Source: Thermoprotei archaeon (GTDB lineage Archaea; Thermoproteota; Thermoprotei; Thermoproteales; B15-G16). Taken from it: DNA of 64,000 bases. The notes below the pieces were generated by a model that was not told where the DNA came from, made no database searches, and saw only the letters and a program-made list of their open reading frames with translations. Of this stretch, positions 19,309 to 29,168 are shown one piece after another. Position 1 is the stretch's first letter; each line of letters opens with the position of its first letter. Location of the stretch: NCBI GenBank assembly GCA_003649205.1, contig QMRC01000004.1:60459-124458 (forward strand), given 5' to 3'. The translations under genes were made by a program, and so were the position numbers.

Positions 19309-19740
19309 TTACACTATCATCGTCGCTATGTTAGCTATCTTAGGCCACCTCTCAGCAGCTTCCTTAGCTACAGGTCCAAAGATCTCCGATGCCTTTGGAT
19401 CACCTTCCGGTGTACAGAGGACAACAGCATTATCCTCAAAGCAAATCCATTCACCTGTTGGTCTTCTATAGGGCTTTCTCTGCCTAATCACTATGGCTCT
19501 CATGATTTGCTTACGTAGCTCAGGTTTACCCTCTCTAACGGATACAACAACCATATCACCAACACTTGCTCCAGGTATTCTCCTCCAAACAGTCTTAGCT
19601 CCCTGACCAACAACACCTATAACTCTAACTAACCTAGCACCACTGTTATCGGCTACAGGAACTAATGAGTTTATGAATATTGCTGGTGGTATGTGGAACT
19701 TGTAACCTACACCGGTAACCTTAGCTCCTCTCTTAGCCAT
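19309..19740 (-). CDS. rpl14: 50S ribosomal protein uL14
   Basis: [47 protein letters not shown]. Confidence 0.97.
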   Translation of the reverse strand: MAKRGAKVTGVGYKFHIPPAIFINSLVPVADNSGARLVRVIGVVGQGAKTVWRRIPGASVGDMVVVSVREGKPELRKQIMRAIVIRQRKPYRRPTGEWICFEDNAVVLCTPEGDPKASEIFGPVAKEAAERWPKIANIATMIV

Positions 19741-19760
19741 AGTGATCGCCTAGGTAGGTG

Positions 19761-20351
19761 CTACATTGTGTCTAAATAAGATTTTCCTTCATCACTCTTA
19801 CTTTGTAAATTGTCTCTCCGTAGCTTCCTTAACACGTTATTAATTTCTTCACCATTCATGAGTAGTAGGTCGGGGTTCACTAGGTAGCAGAATAGTACCT
19901 CATAAGGTCTAGGAGGTACGTGAATTAGTACTCCAGTTCTGAACCACTGCTCAATAACCTTAATGAAGCACCTACCCGCTTGGTATACAAGTCTAGAGTA
20001 TAGGTAAGGTCTACAGCTCCTATAGTCGAGATCTGTTATTTCCTTGAGGAAGGTATTCACAACTTTACTCTTTGGAAAGTACTTCAACAACTTTCTACAT
20101 AGCTTTGCTAGTGTTGACGTATCAGCACTTACATGATTATTAACTTCCTCACCTAGGGTAATTAGTACAGCACTCAACCCTACACATGCTAAGCTCAGAA
20201 CGTTTAAGTACTCAATGCTGTTTTTCAGGAATCTATATAGCGAATCTAACTCAATTCTCCATACCTTATCCCTGTGTTGCTCTAGGTACTCAATACCTCT
20301 CTTTAGGTGTCTTTCATTGATTTTAGCTATGTACACCAATTCAGTGATCAA
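19761..20351 (-). CDS. hypothetical protein
   Basis: 196-aa ORF with GGGTGA RBS. No family recognised. Confidence 0.6.
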   Translation of the reverse strand: MITELVYIAKINERHLKRGIEYLEQHRDKVWRIELDSLYRFLKNSIEYLNVLSLACVGLSAVLITLGEEVNNHVSADTSTLAKLCRKLLKYFPKSKVVNTFLKEITDLDYRSCRPYLYSRLVYQAGRCFIKVIEQWFRTGVLIHVPPRPYEVLFCYLVNPDLLLMNGEEINNVLRKLRRDNLQSKSDEGKSYLDTM

Positions 20352-20379
20352 GAAATCACCCTCAGGTACCTATTTGAGG

Positions 20380-20437
20380 TGATCAGTAAGGGGGTCAAAG
20401 GTCATCGAATTCCCTCGGGGAGTTATGTCATCATCGT
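20380..20437 (-). ncRNA. box C/D guide sRNA
   Basis: ATGATGA-cataactcc-CCGA..CGATGA-cctttgaccccctta-CTGA. Confidence 0.65.
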
Positions 20438-20484
20438 GTATGTGCTACATGGAAATACCTAAAAACTCTACTCTCGAGACTGAG

Positions 20485-20539
20485 TTTGTGATGAGGCTAG
20501 ACCATTCAGAGAGGTGAAGAAAAAGGCCGCCGCTGAATT
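20485..20539 (+). ncRNA. box C/D guide sRNA
   Basis: GTGATGA-ggctagaccatt-CAGA..GTGAAGA-aaaaggccgccg-CTGA. Confidence 0.75.
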
Positions 20540-20544
20540 AGTTA

Positions 20545-21690
20545 ATGCAGGTAATTTCTATGACATGCATTAGGAAGCTGATTGGTGGTTCCATCCTCTA
20601 TGGTGATGACCTACCTACTGGGTGTAGGTTATGTCTTAGAGGTAGGAAGTCTGTCATCTTCATCACGGGTCTCTGTAATGTTAAGTGCTTTTACTGTCCT
20701 ATTGACGAGTCTAGGTTTGGTGTTGATGTAGTTGCTGTGAATGATGTTCCTGTTCCTCTCGGTAATGAAGATGAGATGTTGGAGTGCATTGCTCGTGAAT
20801 GTGAGGTGTGTTGTAGTTATGGTGTTGGTATTACTGGTGGTGAGCCATCTCTAGTAATTGATCGAGTTGCTAAGGTAGTTACGTACCTGAGAAATTGCTT
20901 TGGTGAAGATTTTCACGTACATATATACGTTCACGCAAGAGGAATTGATTCTGAAGTTGCGAAGCACCTAGTTACTCTATGTGATGAGGTTAGAGTGCAC
21001 TCACTCTCTTGTGATGAGATTCGTAGAGCATTGAGATATCTTGAAGTTGTGCGTAAGGCTGAAGCCTCGCGAGCAGTGTTAGGGATTGAGGTCCCTGTGA
21101 TCCCAGGTCAGGTTCAGCATTATGTTGACCTGGTACGTGTAGCTCGTGAGTGTGGTGCCTCGTTCGTTAACCTAAATGAGTTAGAGATGACTGGTGTTGG
21201 TGAGCTTAAGCTTCGTGAGCTAGGTTACAGGATTAGAGCTAACTCACTTACAGCTGTGTTAGGGAGCTATGAGACAGGTGTCAGAGTTATTGAGGAGATT
21301 TCCCGTAGAGGTCTCGACATTACCGTACATCTGTGTACAGCTGAAGCTAAGGATAGTGTTCAGTTGAGGACTAGACTCTACATGAAGTCCACGGTAACTA
21401 CGATGCCCCATGAAGAGGTTACGGATGAAGGTACTATCAGGAAGGTATTGATTTCCTCCAACCCTAATCATATTGACGAGTTGATTGAAGTAATTACGAA
21501 ATTCATACCGAGCAACCTCATTGTACGAGTTAATGAGCAAACACTTGAGGTACCTGTATTCGTGCTCAAGATACCTCAGCTTAGTAAGGTACTCAAGGAG
21601 AGAGCTAGCTACCTAGCTATTGTCGAAGAAGTTATTCGTGGTAGTGAACGAGTTGTAGTGAGTAGGCTCAGCTTAGGGGGTTCTCAGTAA
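20545..21690 (+). CDS. conserved archaeal radical SAM protein (COG2108-like)
   Basis: LPTGCRLCLRGRK, ITGLCNVKCFYCP, GITGGEP, NLNELE, HLCTAEAKDSVQ. Confidence 0.88.
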   Translation: MQVISMTCIRKLIGGSILYGDDLPTGCRLCLRGRKSVIFITGLCNVKCFYCPIDESRFGVDVVAVNDVPVPLGNEDEMLECIARECEVCCSYGVGITGGEPSLVIDRVAKVVTYLRNCFGEDFHVHIYVHARGIDSEVAKHLVTLCDEVRVHSLSCDEIRRALRYLEVVRKAEASRAVLGIEVPVIPGQVQHYVDLVRVARECGASFVNLNELEMTGVGELKLRELGYRIRANSLTAVLGSYETGVRVIEEISRRGLDITVHLCTAEAKDSVQLRTRLYMKSTVTTMPHEEVTDEGTIRKVLISSNPNHIDELIEVITKFIPSNLIVRVNEQTLEVPVFVLKIPQLSKVLKERASYLAIVEEVIRGSERVVVSRLSLGGSQ

Positions 21691-21720
21691 GAGAGTTTAA
21701 GGTGTCTACCTTGTGATGTA

Positions 21721-22971
21721 TTGGGGATTACTGTGATCAGAAGGAGTAAGGTAGCACTTGAACCATATCAGTTAGAGTCTGGTCCTGTTCCTGAAGAGAT
21801 ATACCACGGAATTCACCTTCCCGAAACATTTCACGAGAAGGAGTATCGACTTGTCGATCTCTCATACATACTCTATGCTGCACAAGGTGTTAGAGAGAAG
21901 AGATGGGGGATAAGATTTCGAACAGTTCCCTCTGCTGGTGCTACCTATCCACTGGAGGTGTACGTGGTTGCTCGAGCTGTTGAGGGTTTAAGTCCTGGTA
22001 TCTACCACTACGTTGCTGAAAGTGTGACAGAGCACTATCTAGAGCGAGTATCTGACCTCGATGCGGTACCCGAGCTAGAAAAACTCATGGGTAAGGTACC
22101 CTGTTCACTGATCATTTCATCCATATATGAGAGGACTACAGCTAGGTACGGTCATAGGGGGATTAGATACGTTCACCTAGAGGTTGGTCATTTACTACAG
22201 AATGTGTGGCTTATGGCTACCCTCCTTATGTCTGACATAGAGCCTATCCCTATTCCACAGGAACTAGAGGAGAGATTGAGGAATATTGTGAGTGGGAGAC
22301 CTCATATGCTAATTCACGTAGGTTATGGTAGTGGTGTTAGGAGTATCGCTCCTAAAGATGAGTTTACAGAAATCCCAATTCTTAAAGAGGTTGAAGTTCT
22401 TGAGTTTGAAAGGAGTTCCCTACCTCTTGCTATCGCTGTTAGAGAGCGGAGATCCGTTAGAGAGTTCAGTAAGGGTGAAGTGCTGAAGTTTAGTTCGTTA
22501 TGTAGGTTGTTAGTTGCTGGTTCAGGTTACGGTAAGTATGGTTACAGGACATATATACCGCTGAACTTCAGTGAGTATACTTGCGAACTATTTGTAGTTG
22601 TGAGGTCTGTTAATGGTATTGAGCCTGGTGTCTACCGCTACAATCCTCTACGCGGTGTACTGGAGCTAGTTAGGAAAGGAGCTGTCTATGCTGAGTTAGC
22701 TGATGCGTGTCTAGGTCAGGAATGGGTTGAGAATGCTCAAGTAAACTTCGTGATCCTCGCACGTAAGACATCACTTAAGAGAGTAGGTACGTACGTAGCA
22801 GAGATTGAGGCTGGTCAAATGTGTCAGAACATTTGTCTACAAGCTACAGCACTTGAGCTAGGTAGTGTACCCATCGGTGCATTCTATGATTTTGAGGTAC
22901 TGAGAGTTCTAGGTGTACCGCTTGAGGTGTATGAACCTCTGTACGTGTGCTCGGTAGGTGTTAGGTGGTGA
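21721..22971 (+). CDS. tandem SagB/ThcOx-type nitroreductase domain protein
   Basis: RTVPSAGATYPLE, RYGHRGIRY..LEVGH. Second domain RRSVREF..EAGQMCQN..GAF. Confidence 0.88.
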   Translation: MGITVIRRSKVALEPYQLESGPVPEEIYHGIHLPETFHEKEYRLVDLSYILYAAQGVREKRWGIRFRTVPSAGATYPLEVYVVARAVEGLSPGIYHYVAESVTEHYLERVSDLDAVPELEKLMGKVPCSLIISSIYERTTARYGHRGIRYVHLEVGHLLQNVWLMATLLMSDIEPIPIPQELEERLRNIVSGRPHMLIHVGYGSGVRSIAPKDEFTEIPILKEVEVLEFERSSLPLAIAVRERRSVREFSKGEVLKFSSLCRLLVAGSGYGKYGYRTYIPLNFSEYTCELFVVVRSVNGIEPGVYRYNPLRGVLELVRKGAVYAELADACLGQEWVENAQVNFVILARKTSLKRVGTYVAEIEAGQMCQNICLQATALELGSVPIGAFYDFEVLRVLGVPLEVYEPLYVCSVGVRW

Positions 22972-22974
22972 GAT

Positions 22975-23298
22975 GTGGTGAAGAGATCTAATGAGCTAGA
23001 TGTTGTAGATAAGGTACTTAGCAAGGCTGAGCGCCTAATCAATGAGGGTAGAGTAGTTAGAGTTAGCGATCGCTTATTCTATGTCATTGGTGATCACATG
23101 AAGTACTTCGTCCGTGTAGGACCTGAAGGACCTCACTGTATGTGTGAGGGCTTTAAGAAGAGAGGTTTTTGTTCGCACTCTATAGCTGTTATGATGGTTC
23201 TACTAGGTAGGTATGATGTTAAGGTACTTGAGGAGAAGGTTAGGGAGAGGTTACTGAGAGATAGGCAATTATTAGGTAGGGGCAGGAAAATGAGGTAA
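22975..23298 (+). CDS. SWIM zinc-finger protein
   Basis: CMCEGF....FCSH. Confidence 0.8.
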   Translation: MVKRSNELDVVDKVLSKAERLINEGRVVRVSDRLFYVIGDHMKYFVRVGPEGPHCMCEGFKKRGFCSHSIAVMMVLLGRYDVKVLEEKVRERLLRDRQLLGRGRKMR

Positions 23299-23307
23299 CT
23301 TAGAGTA

Positions 23308-24024
23308 TTGGTGAAAAATCAAATTACTCTCCACTACTCACTTGTGAGCACGGTGAACTACTTGGATGTCAAGAGTACTCTAGTGTTTCTCGTTAAGTCC
23401 TATGGATTACTAGGTATATTCCTCATATCATTTATTGGTAACGCTATACCATACATCACAATACCCTACCTAGTCGTAGTAATGACGTACGTTGGTACGG
23501 TTAAGGTAAATCCTCTAGTAGTTGGTATTATTAGTGGTATTGGTGCAGCCTTGGGAAAGGTTGTAGTTTACCTTCTAGGTAGATTAGCTGGTAAGTTTGT
23601 CTCAGAGGAGAGGAAGGAGCATTTAATTAAGTTCGTGCTAAAGTTCGAGAAGGAAATTTTCCTAGCTATCCTAATTCTTGCTGCCACACCATCCCCAGAC
23701 GATGTAATTTACATACCTGTTGGAGCATCTAGGTACCCACTTTTGAAGTTCTTTATAGCGTGTGCACTGGGTAAGGTTGTGATATCATCATTAACAGCGT
23801 CTTTCGGCTGGTTCCTTGGATCAGGTCTTGAACTACTTGGTATACCTTGGTACCTACAGTTTATAGCACTACTAGCTCTTTCGCTCTACCTACTATACCT
23901 AGCTCTAGCCATTAAGTGGGACCTAGTTCTGAGTGCCTTCGAAGAGAACTGGATTAAGGGCTTACTCACACTACTCAAGGAGGTAAGGTCTAAAGCTCTT
24001 CCAAGACCTAGAGTTAGTAGGTGA
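23308..24024 (+). CDS. DedA/VTT (SNARE-associated) membrane protein
   Basis: FIGNAIPY..IPY, GAALGK..Y.LGR, ATPSPDD. Confidence 0.85.
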   Translation: MVKNQITLHYSLVSTVNYLDVKSTLVFLVKSYGLLGIFLISFIGNAIPYITIPYLVVVMTYVGTVKVNPLVVGIISGIGAALGKVVVYLLGRLAGKFVSEERKEHLIKFVLKFEKEIFLAILILAATPSPDDVIYIPVGASRYPLLKFFIACALGKVVISSLTASFGWFLGSGLELLGIPWYLQFIALLALSLYLLYLALAIKWDLVLSAFEENWIKGLLTLLKEVRSKALPRPRVSR

Positions 24025-24078
24025 TGAGGGCACTCGGGACTGAGATGTGTTGTGATGTATTTTCCGCATTGCTGATGA
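24018..24078 (+). ncRNA. box C/D guide sRNA
   Basis: GTGATGA-gggcactcggga-CTGA..GTGATGT-attttccgcattg-CTGA. Guides are complementary to adjacent 16S segments CCCGAGTGCC and CAATGCGG. Confidence 0.8.
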
Positions 24079-24120
24079 TGTACTAGGAAAACTTATTACT
24101 AATACATCGATTCCCTACTC

Positions 24121-24179
24121 TGGATGAAGAAGACCTCGGATTCTGAATTAGTGATGATGCTTCCCCACGTTTCAGATAT
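24121..24179 (+). ncRNA. box C/D guide sRNA
   Basis: ATGAAGA-agacctcggatt-CTGA..GTGATGA-tgcttccccacgttt-CAGA. Confidence 0.6.
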
Positions 24180-24229
24180 TCAGCTAGTAGCGGCTTCCTC
24201 ACCTATCAGAACCCCTCCTTCATCACCAG
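24177..24229 (-). ncRNA. box C/D guide sRNA
   Basis: GTGATGA-aggaggggtt-CTGA..GTGAGGA-agccgctactag-CTGA. D guide is complementary to 23S AGTAGCGGC. Confidence 0.75.
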
Positions 24230-24241
24230 GTTAATAGAGAT

Positions 24242-25303
24242 GTGAGAGTTTATATACCTCAGATTTTAAGCTTGTATCCGTTAGTCATGAGAGGTAGATC
24301 AGTTAGACAGAGGAGAGTAATTCATCCAGTAATTGCCTTACTCGAGGAGTACGGTAGGGGTATAGAGGATCTACTCTACGCTAATTTACCGAAGGACTTG
24401 ATCACCGCGAAGGAAGGTGTTAGGTATAGGTACAGTCTATTGAGTACAAGTGAATCCCTACGTAAGTTCATTGATGAGTACCGTAGTGTTGCTCATGTTG
24501 ATGAGCTATATAGGTATGTACTCTTCATGGCAACTACCTTGTCTGCTGTTGGTAGAGGTCACGTAGTTATGGAGCCTCTTTACAGATCAATTAGGGATCT
24601 GTACGATAGTGGTGAGTTTAGGGATGTAGTGACTGGTTCTGTACGTGAGTTCACTAAAGTTAGGGATGTAGCTGAGGAGTTCATTAGGATGTATGGTGAG
24701 TACTCTGGTCGTTCACTATCAGTATCGGTTGAGGAGCTAACTAAGGTTTGGATAAGGACTGCACGGAGGATTGAGTGGATCTGTAGGGTTAAAGCTGATG
24801 ACTTAATCTCGTACCTAGCGCGTTTCACATCAGTTCGTAGATTCATGGTGGAATTGATGCGAGATTTCGTCTACTATGTGGTGAAGGGAGGTAAGGTATC
24901 AAAGAGTATAAGATTACTGACTAAGTGGTCTTGTCACCCGAAGATAACTGCTCCACTAGCTATCGAAATATGTAGAAGAGGGAAGTACGTTGAGTACGTT
25001 GCTCCAATAGACATGTACACAGCTACCGTTGTCTTTAGGTCAGGTCTCTTCACGTTAATTAGCGGTGAGAAGGTCAATGTATTACTAGCTAAGTTGGAGA
25101 GAGCTAAGGAAAGAGGTAGTACTGTCATCTTAAAACTGAGTAAGTGGGATGATGTTGTTCAGAAGCTTCTCCACATAGGTCAAGACCCTATAGCTCTTGA
25201 AAATGCTCTATTTAACATAGGGTACAGATTCTGTCGTACATCTACGTGCGATAAGTGTCCTCTAGCTAACTACTGTAGGAACTACCCGGTAAAGGTGAAA
25301 TAG
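24242..25303 (+). CDS. divergent HhH-GPD/endonuclease III superfamily protein with C-terminal 4Fe-4S motif
   Basis: K...LLTKW, APIDMYTATVVFRSG, IGYRFCRTSTCDKCPLANYC. Confidence 0.55.
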   Translation: MRVYIPQILSLYPLVMRGRSVRQRRVIHPVIALLEEYGRGIEDLLYANLPKDLITAKEGVRYRYSLLSTSESLRKFIDEYRSVAHVDELYRYVLFMATTLSAVGRGHVVMEPLYRSIRDLYDSGEFRDVVTGSVREFTKVRDVAEEFIRMYGEYSGRSLSVSVEELTKVWIRTARRIEWICRVKADDLISYLARFTSVRRFMVELMRDFVYYVVKGGKVSKSIRLLTKWSCHPKITAPLAIEICRRGKYVEYVAPIDMYTATVVFRSGLFTLISGEKVNVLLAKLERAKERGSTVILKLSKWDDVVQKLLHIGQDPIALENALFNIGYRFCRTSTCDKCPLANYCRNYPVKVK

Positions 25304-25330
25304 CTTTAAATCAGTTAAGTAAGCAACATA

Positions 25331-25385
25331 GTGGTGATGAGCTCTTGCCCGTCTGAGCTATGACGATAAACTGCGGGACTGAGCT
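25331..25385 (+). ncRNA. box C/D guide sRNA
   Basis: GTGATGA-gctcttgcccgt-CTGA..ATGACGA-taaactgcggga-CTGA. Confidence 0.8.
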
Positions 25386-25451
25386 CAGTGCACATCACCA
25401 ATGCGAGTAATTTAAGGTGGAATTAATCAATAACAAATAGATGTCTTCTCT

Positions 25452-25508
25452 GGGATGAGGAATCTTCGGCGGCGATTGAGAGGTGACGAGTGAGGGAGTC
25501 ACCGACCG
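25452..25508 (+). ncRNA. box C/D guide sRNA
   Basis: ATGAGGA-atcttcggcggcga-TTGA..GTGACGA-gtgagggagtca-CCGA. First guide is complementary to 23S CGCCGAAGAT. Confidence 0.55.
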
Positions 25509-26110
25509 CAATCTACTACCTTCTCTAACCTATGAACCTTTAGACCGCACCCTGTACACATGAGCATCCTCGTGTAGGCTAGTGAGTCCAGTATTGCCGA
25601 GTACACAACTCTCTCACGAACTAACCATAGGGTTGATGAGCATCGAGGACAGGAACCCATTTGTCTCAGTAATCTAGGTCTTACCCCCACGATCTCTACG
25701 AAGTAGTCCCTAATCAACCTCCTACACACAACACCCTCTAGATTAGCTAGTGTAGTCGGTAGTGAGTGTACGTGGAGTACGGAAGGTATTATGTCAGGTA
25801 ACCTCCATAGTTCGCCACTATCTTTCAACCACCTCACAACTCTAATGTAGATAGTTGTCGAATAGGGTGCTAGAAGTAGAGTAGGTTCCTTAGGTCTAAT
25901 CACACCATTGAGTACAAACCGCAGGAATCTATAGGGTGCTTCCTTGTATTCAGGTACAGGGTACACCCACACCTTAAATTTCAGTGAACCCCATGTACAC
26001 GTGAGAAGACCATACTCACCCTCAAGTTCAACAATACCATCTACCCAATACTTCAAATACTGCTTAACAGCCCTAACCCAATTCCTCAGCTCAGTACCCA
26101 AAGAAGTCAC
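25499..26110 (-). CDS. hypothetical protein with C-terminal zinc ribbon
   Basis: CPRC...CTGC. Confidence 0.65.
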   Translation of the reverse strand: MTSLGTELRNWVRAVKQYLKYWVDGIVELEGEYGLLTCTWGSLKFKVWVYPVPEYKEAPYRFLRFVLNGVIRPKEPTLLLAPYSTTIYIRVVRWLKDSGELWRLPDIIPSVLHVHSLPTTLANLEGVVCRRLIRDYFVEIVGVRPRLLRQMGSCPRCSSTLWLVRERVVYSAILDSLAYTRMLMCTGCGLKVHRLEKVVDCGR

Positions 26111-26150
26111 CTAACGAAGTACTTATTAGGGGAGACACAGTACGGTATCT

Positions 26151-26210
26151 ACGGTGATGAAGCACCTCGGCAATGTGATGAGTTGTGATTAGGCGGGCAG
26201 CAACTGACTC
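26151..26210 (+). ncRNA. box C/D guide sRNA
   Basis: GTGATGA-agcacctcggcaat-GTGA..GTGATTA-ggcgggcagcaa-CTGA. Confidence 0.6.
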
Positions 26211-26236
26211 TCTCACTTCAATAGCTCTCCGATGAG

Positions 26237-26294
26237 GCTGTGATGAGTGTTGGGGCCGAGACAGATTAGTGAAGAGACCCCCAATCGCTGAGTT
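26237..26294 (+). ncRNA. box C/D guide sRNA
   Basis: GTGATGA-gtgttggggccgaga-CAGA..GTGAAGA-gacccccaatcg-CTGA. Confidence 0.75.
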
Positions 26295-26296
26295 CA

Positions 26297-26950
26297 TCAC
26301 ACCTTAACTACCTCCCTAATGGCTTCTGGAGGTACGTAATCAGTAACATATATGTGATCCGTAGCTCTGTACACTCTATGACCTAACCTCCTCAGCAACT
26401 CAACATCTATAACCAGAACTGCAGGTCTACCCTTCCTCTTACCAACTACAACAGCGTCCTCAAATCTATCGGTTAGGTGAACCCACATCCTCTTCATAGG
26501 CTTTAGCCCCTCCTTCAGTATCCTAGGTACATTCTCAACAGCTGTACCGTGGTACAGTATTTTCACTTCCCGATCCTCAATATAGCTTATCTTGACCCTG
26601 ATGCTATGTCCGTACCTAGCTCTTATCTTGTTACCAATAATCTCGAACCTACCCTTGGGATCTAGCTGAGCTACAGCAATTACGTGCTCTTTAGTAACCC
26701 ACTGGTAGAGATGTCTATTACGCCACTTCTTACGAATAGCTTCAACCAGTTCATCAATATCAACAAACCCTTCATCATCTAATTTCAACCCTACAACCTG
26801 AGGAAAGTGCCTGAGTAATCCTGACATGAGTTTACTCAACATCTCACGTCTACTACCCGATAAGAATATCCTAGTAGGTTTCCCACAGTGTACCTCGTCT
26901 TCAGTAAAGGCACCACAGACAGTACACCTACGTATATCTGGCATCACCAT
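26297..26950 (-). CDS. kptA: RNA 2'-phosphotransferase Tpt1/KptA
   Basis: SKLMSGLLRHFP, DPKGRFE, IRARYGHS, LYHGT, R.WVHLT. Confidence 0.95.
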   Translation of the reverse strand: MVMPDIRRCTVCGAFTEDEVHCGKPTRIFLSGSRREMLSKLMSGLLRHFPQVVGLKLDDEGFVDIDELVEAIRKKWRNRHLYQWVTKEHVIAVAQLDPKGRFEIIGNKIRARYGHSIRVKISYIEDREVKILYHGTAVENVPRILKEGLKPMKRMWVHLTDRFEDAVVVGKRKGRPAVLVIDVELLRRLGHRVYRATDHIYVTDYVPPEAIREVVKV

Positions 26951-26971
26951 GATCTCACCAATAGCGCTATA

Positions 26972-27029
26972 GCCTCAGTCTGCCCAAGCTCGATCACTGA
27001 TCTCACGCTGGCGTAAGGCACATCATCGG
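26972..27029 (-). ncRNA. box C/D guide sRNA overlapping the DHH gene stop
   Basis: ATGATGT-gccttacgccagc-GTGA..GTGATCG-agcttgggcaga-CTGA. Confidence 0.5.
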
Positions 27030-28246
27030 CTAAGTAGGGCATCATCTACCCTACTGATGAACTCCTCCTCACGTCCACGCAAGATAACACCAGAAGCAGC
27101 AAATGCATGACCATCACCGACACCACCAAACTCAGAGCATAACCTAATTACCTCTGATAGAGGTTTAGCTTTACCCTCACTAACTAACTTCTCGAGTAGA
27201 TTAGTAACTCGGAACGACACCTTAGTGTAGTCGTGCTCTAACTCACCAAGTCCCGGTACTTCTCTCCTCATGTACATCATACCTGCGATGTACTTATCCT
27301 CCTTAATCAAGTCCTTCCTTCTATACCTAAGGTAAGACGTGAAAAGACCAATAACCTTAACACCAAGACCATCAAAGAGATTACCTACATGAAACCATTG
27401 AACAGATCTAAGTACCCTAAGCTCCTTCTCAACAAGTTCCTGTGCTTCTCTAAACTTAGTGTCTCTTAGCTTCTGCAGCTTCTCAACCATATCGAGAGCA
27501 AGATCGTGAAGGCCATGGATGCAGATGTCAATAGCCATCTCTGGTCCTCGCTGGTAGTAGCCAATAGCTGCTAAGGTAGTTAACTTAGCTGAGAGCGACC
27601 TGTAGCTATCTCTATATCCGTGAAAATCAATGAAGTAATCCTCCCTACCTCTGTACTTCCTAACAACAACGGTCCTCCTATTGAAGCACTCACGCAAGAT
27701 CTCTCTACCCAAAGCACTCAACCAAAGGTTACCAGTTATCTCAGCTGCACCGACTACAGGTAGGTACGAGAACGCAGAGACTTCACTACTTATAGCACGA
27801 GCTAGGTAGTACGTAACTATGGAAGCAGAAGCATCCTTCTCACCAGAGAACTCAAATAGCTCTGGATTTAGGTGAAGAACGTGACCAAGCTCAGCAACTC
27901 TACACTCTTCAGGAAAATCGTGGTGATCAACTACAACAACTAAGTTATCTCGACCAATTCTCCTAGAAACCTCGTGGATCTTCACTAAGTGAGGTGAACC
28001 AAGATCAACATACATGACAAAACCCTTACTCACGCTATGTACCTTCTCAATAATTTCAGGAAGGACCTTCTCAACACAAATAGTCTTAACCCTAAACCCT
28101 CTTGTCTCAAGTGCTAACTTCATTAACGCAGCCGATACGACACCATCTGCATCATCGTGGTGAATTAACAAGCAATCACTAACACCTACCTTAAGTATTG
28201 TTGAAGCTATCTTCTCGACATGCTCCTTGAAACGCTCAAGAGACAA
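27023..28246 (-). CDS. DHH/DHHA1 phosphoesterase (RecJ/Cdc45-like)
   Basis: HHDDADG, VDLGS, VDHHD, LNP, KVSFR, GDGHAFAASG. Confidence 0.9.
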   Translation of the reverse strand: MSLERFKEHVEKIASTILKVGVSDCLLIHHDDADGVVSAALMKLALETRGFRVKTICVEKVLPEIIEKVHSVSKGFVMYVDLGSPHLVKIHEVSRRIGRDNLVVVVDHHDFPEECRVAELGHVLHLNPELFEFSGEKDASASIVTYYLARAISSEVSAFSYLPVVGAAEITGNLWLSALGREILRECFNRRTVVVRKYRGREDYFIDFHGYRDSYRSLSAKLTTLAAIGYYQRGPEMAIDICIHGLHDLALDMVEKLQKLRDTKFREAQELVEKELRVLRSVQWFHVGNLFDGLGVKVIGLFTSYLRYRRKDLIKEDKYIAGMMYMRREVPGLGELEHDYTKVSFRVTNLLEKLVSEGKAKPLSEVIRLCSEFGGVGDGHAFAASGVILRGREEEFISRVDDALLSR

Positions 28247-28349
28247 AATATCTACACCTCACAGTACTTACTAGAGCTCTACAACTAAGGCTCCCTAAGT
28301 AGTTAATTAATTACTCTGTCATCGTAAACATGAACTTAGGTGTTTTCTC

Positions 28350-28757
28350 ATGAAGTGTGAGATCTGTGGTGAGAGAGAAGCTACGTACGTATGTTCTAGG
28401 TGTAGGAGGTTAGTGTGTAGTCAGTGCTTCAATGAGATGAATTACCTCTGTAATCACTGTAGTAGGTACCTCGATACCCTTAGACAGGACTACGTGGTGT
28501 ACCTAAGTCATGTGCAGAAGCTATGTAATGAACTCAAAGTACGTATGTCAACTCCACAGTGTAGGCTATGTCCGATAGCTCTTGAGCTAGCTCTAACATT
28601 GCTGAAGGGTGTTCGTGATGTGAAGAGAGCCTCAGAAGTACATAGGTTTGATGATGTGACTAAGATAGCTGATACTGTGGAGAAGGAATTGACTACAATA
28701 GCTATGTATTTTCTGGTTTCTCGCAACCTAAGGAGCCTAAGGGAGAGAGTTGAGTGA
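28350..28757 (+). CDS. zinc-finger protein
   Basis: CEIC..ATYVCSRCRRLVCSQC..LCNHC. Confidence 0.8.
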   Translation: MKCEICGEREATYVCSRCRRLVCSQCFNEMNYLCNHCSRYLDTLRQDYVVYLSHVQKLCNELKVRMSTPQCRLCPIALELALTLLKGVRDVKRASEVHRFDDVTKIADTVEKELTTIAMYFLVSRNLRSLRERVE

Positions 28758-28801
28758 AAGTGTCACCCCCTTAAAAACACATTAAGGTACTTTACTAGTG
28801 G

Positions 28802-29149
28802 GTGTTGTCTCTGCTAGCTAGAGAACTACTTGAAGAGCTTAGTGTCGAGGTACTTGATGTAGAGCTTGAGGAAACCCGTGGTTACTTAGCTATAACGTAC
28901 CTACTCGAGCTATCGGAGGGTGTTGCAGTACCTATTTCTGAATTTCACACAACTGACTTCTGGGTGTTGATTGTTCCACTGAATTTACTTGGTTTAGTAG
29001 CATCGTACTTAGTGCTTAGATCGAGATTGAGCGAGATCAGTGATTTCTCCTTAATTGCTATTGTTGTGAGTGGTCTCTATGTGGAGTTCATCTTCGTTCG
29101 CTGTAGTGGTTTTGCTGTGTATCCAGCGAAATCTTTACTATCTCTCTAA
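28802..29149 (+). CDS. hypothetical protein
   Basis: ORF co-oriented with its neighbours. No motif. Confidence 0.45.
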   Translation: MLSLLARELLEELSVEVLDVELEETRGYLAITYLLELSEGVAVPISEFHTTDFWVLIVPLNLLGLVASYLVLRSRLSEISDFSLIAIVVSGLYVEFIFVRCSGFAVYPAKSLLSL

Positions 29150-29168
29150 ACCTTAGTTATGCACTGTT

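Noticed and set aside
20545-22971. Radical SAM next to a SagB-like nitroreductase as a possible RiPP cluster
   Set aside because: The rSAM is a common archaeal type without SPASM/RRE, and no YcaO or precursor peptide was seen.
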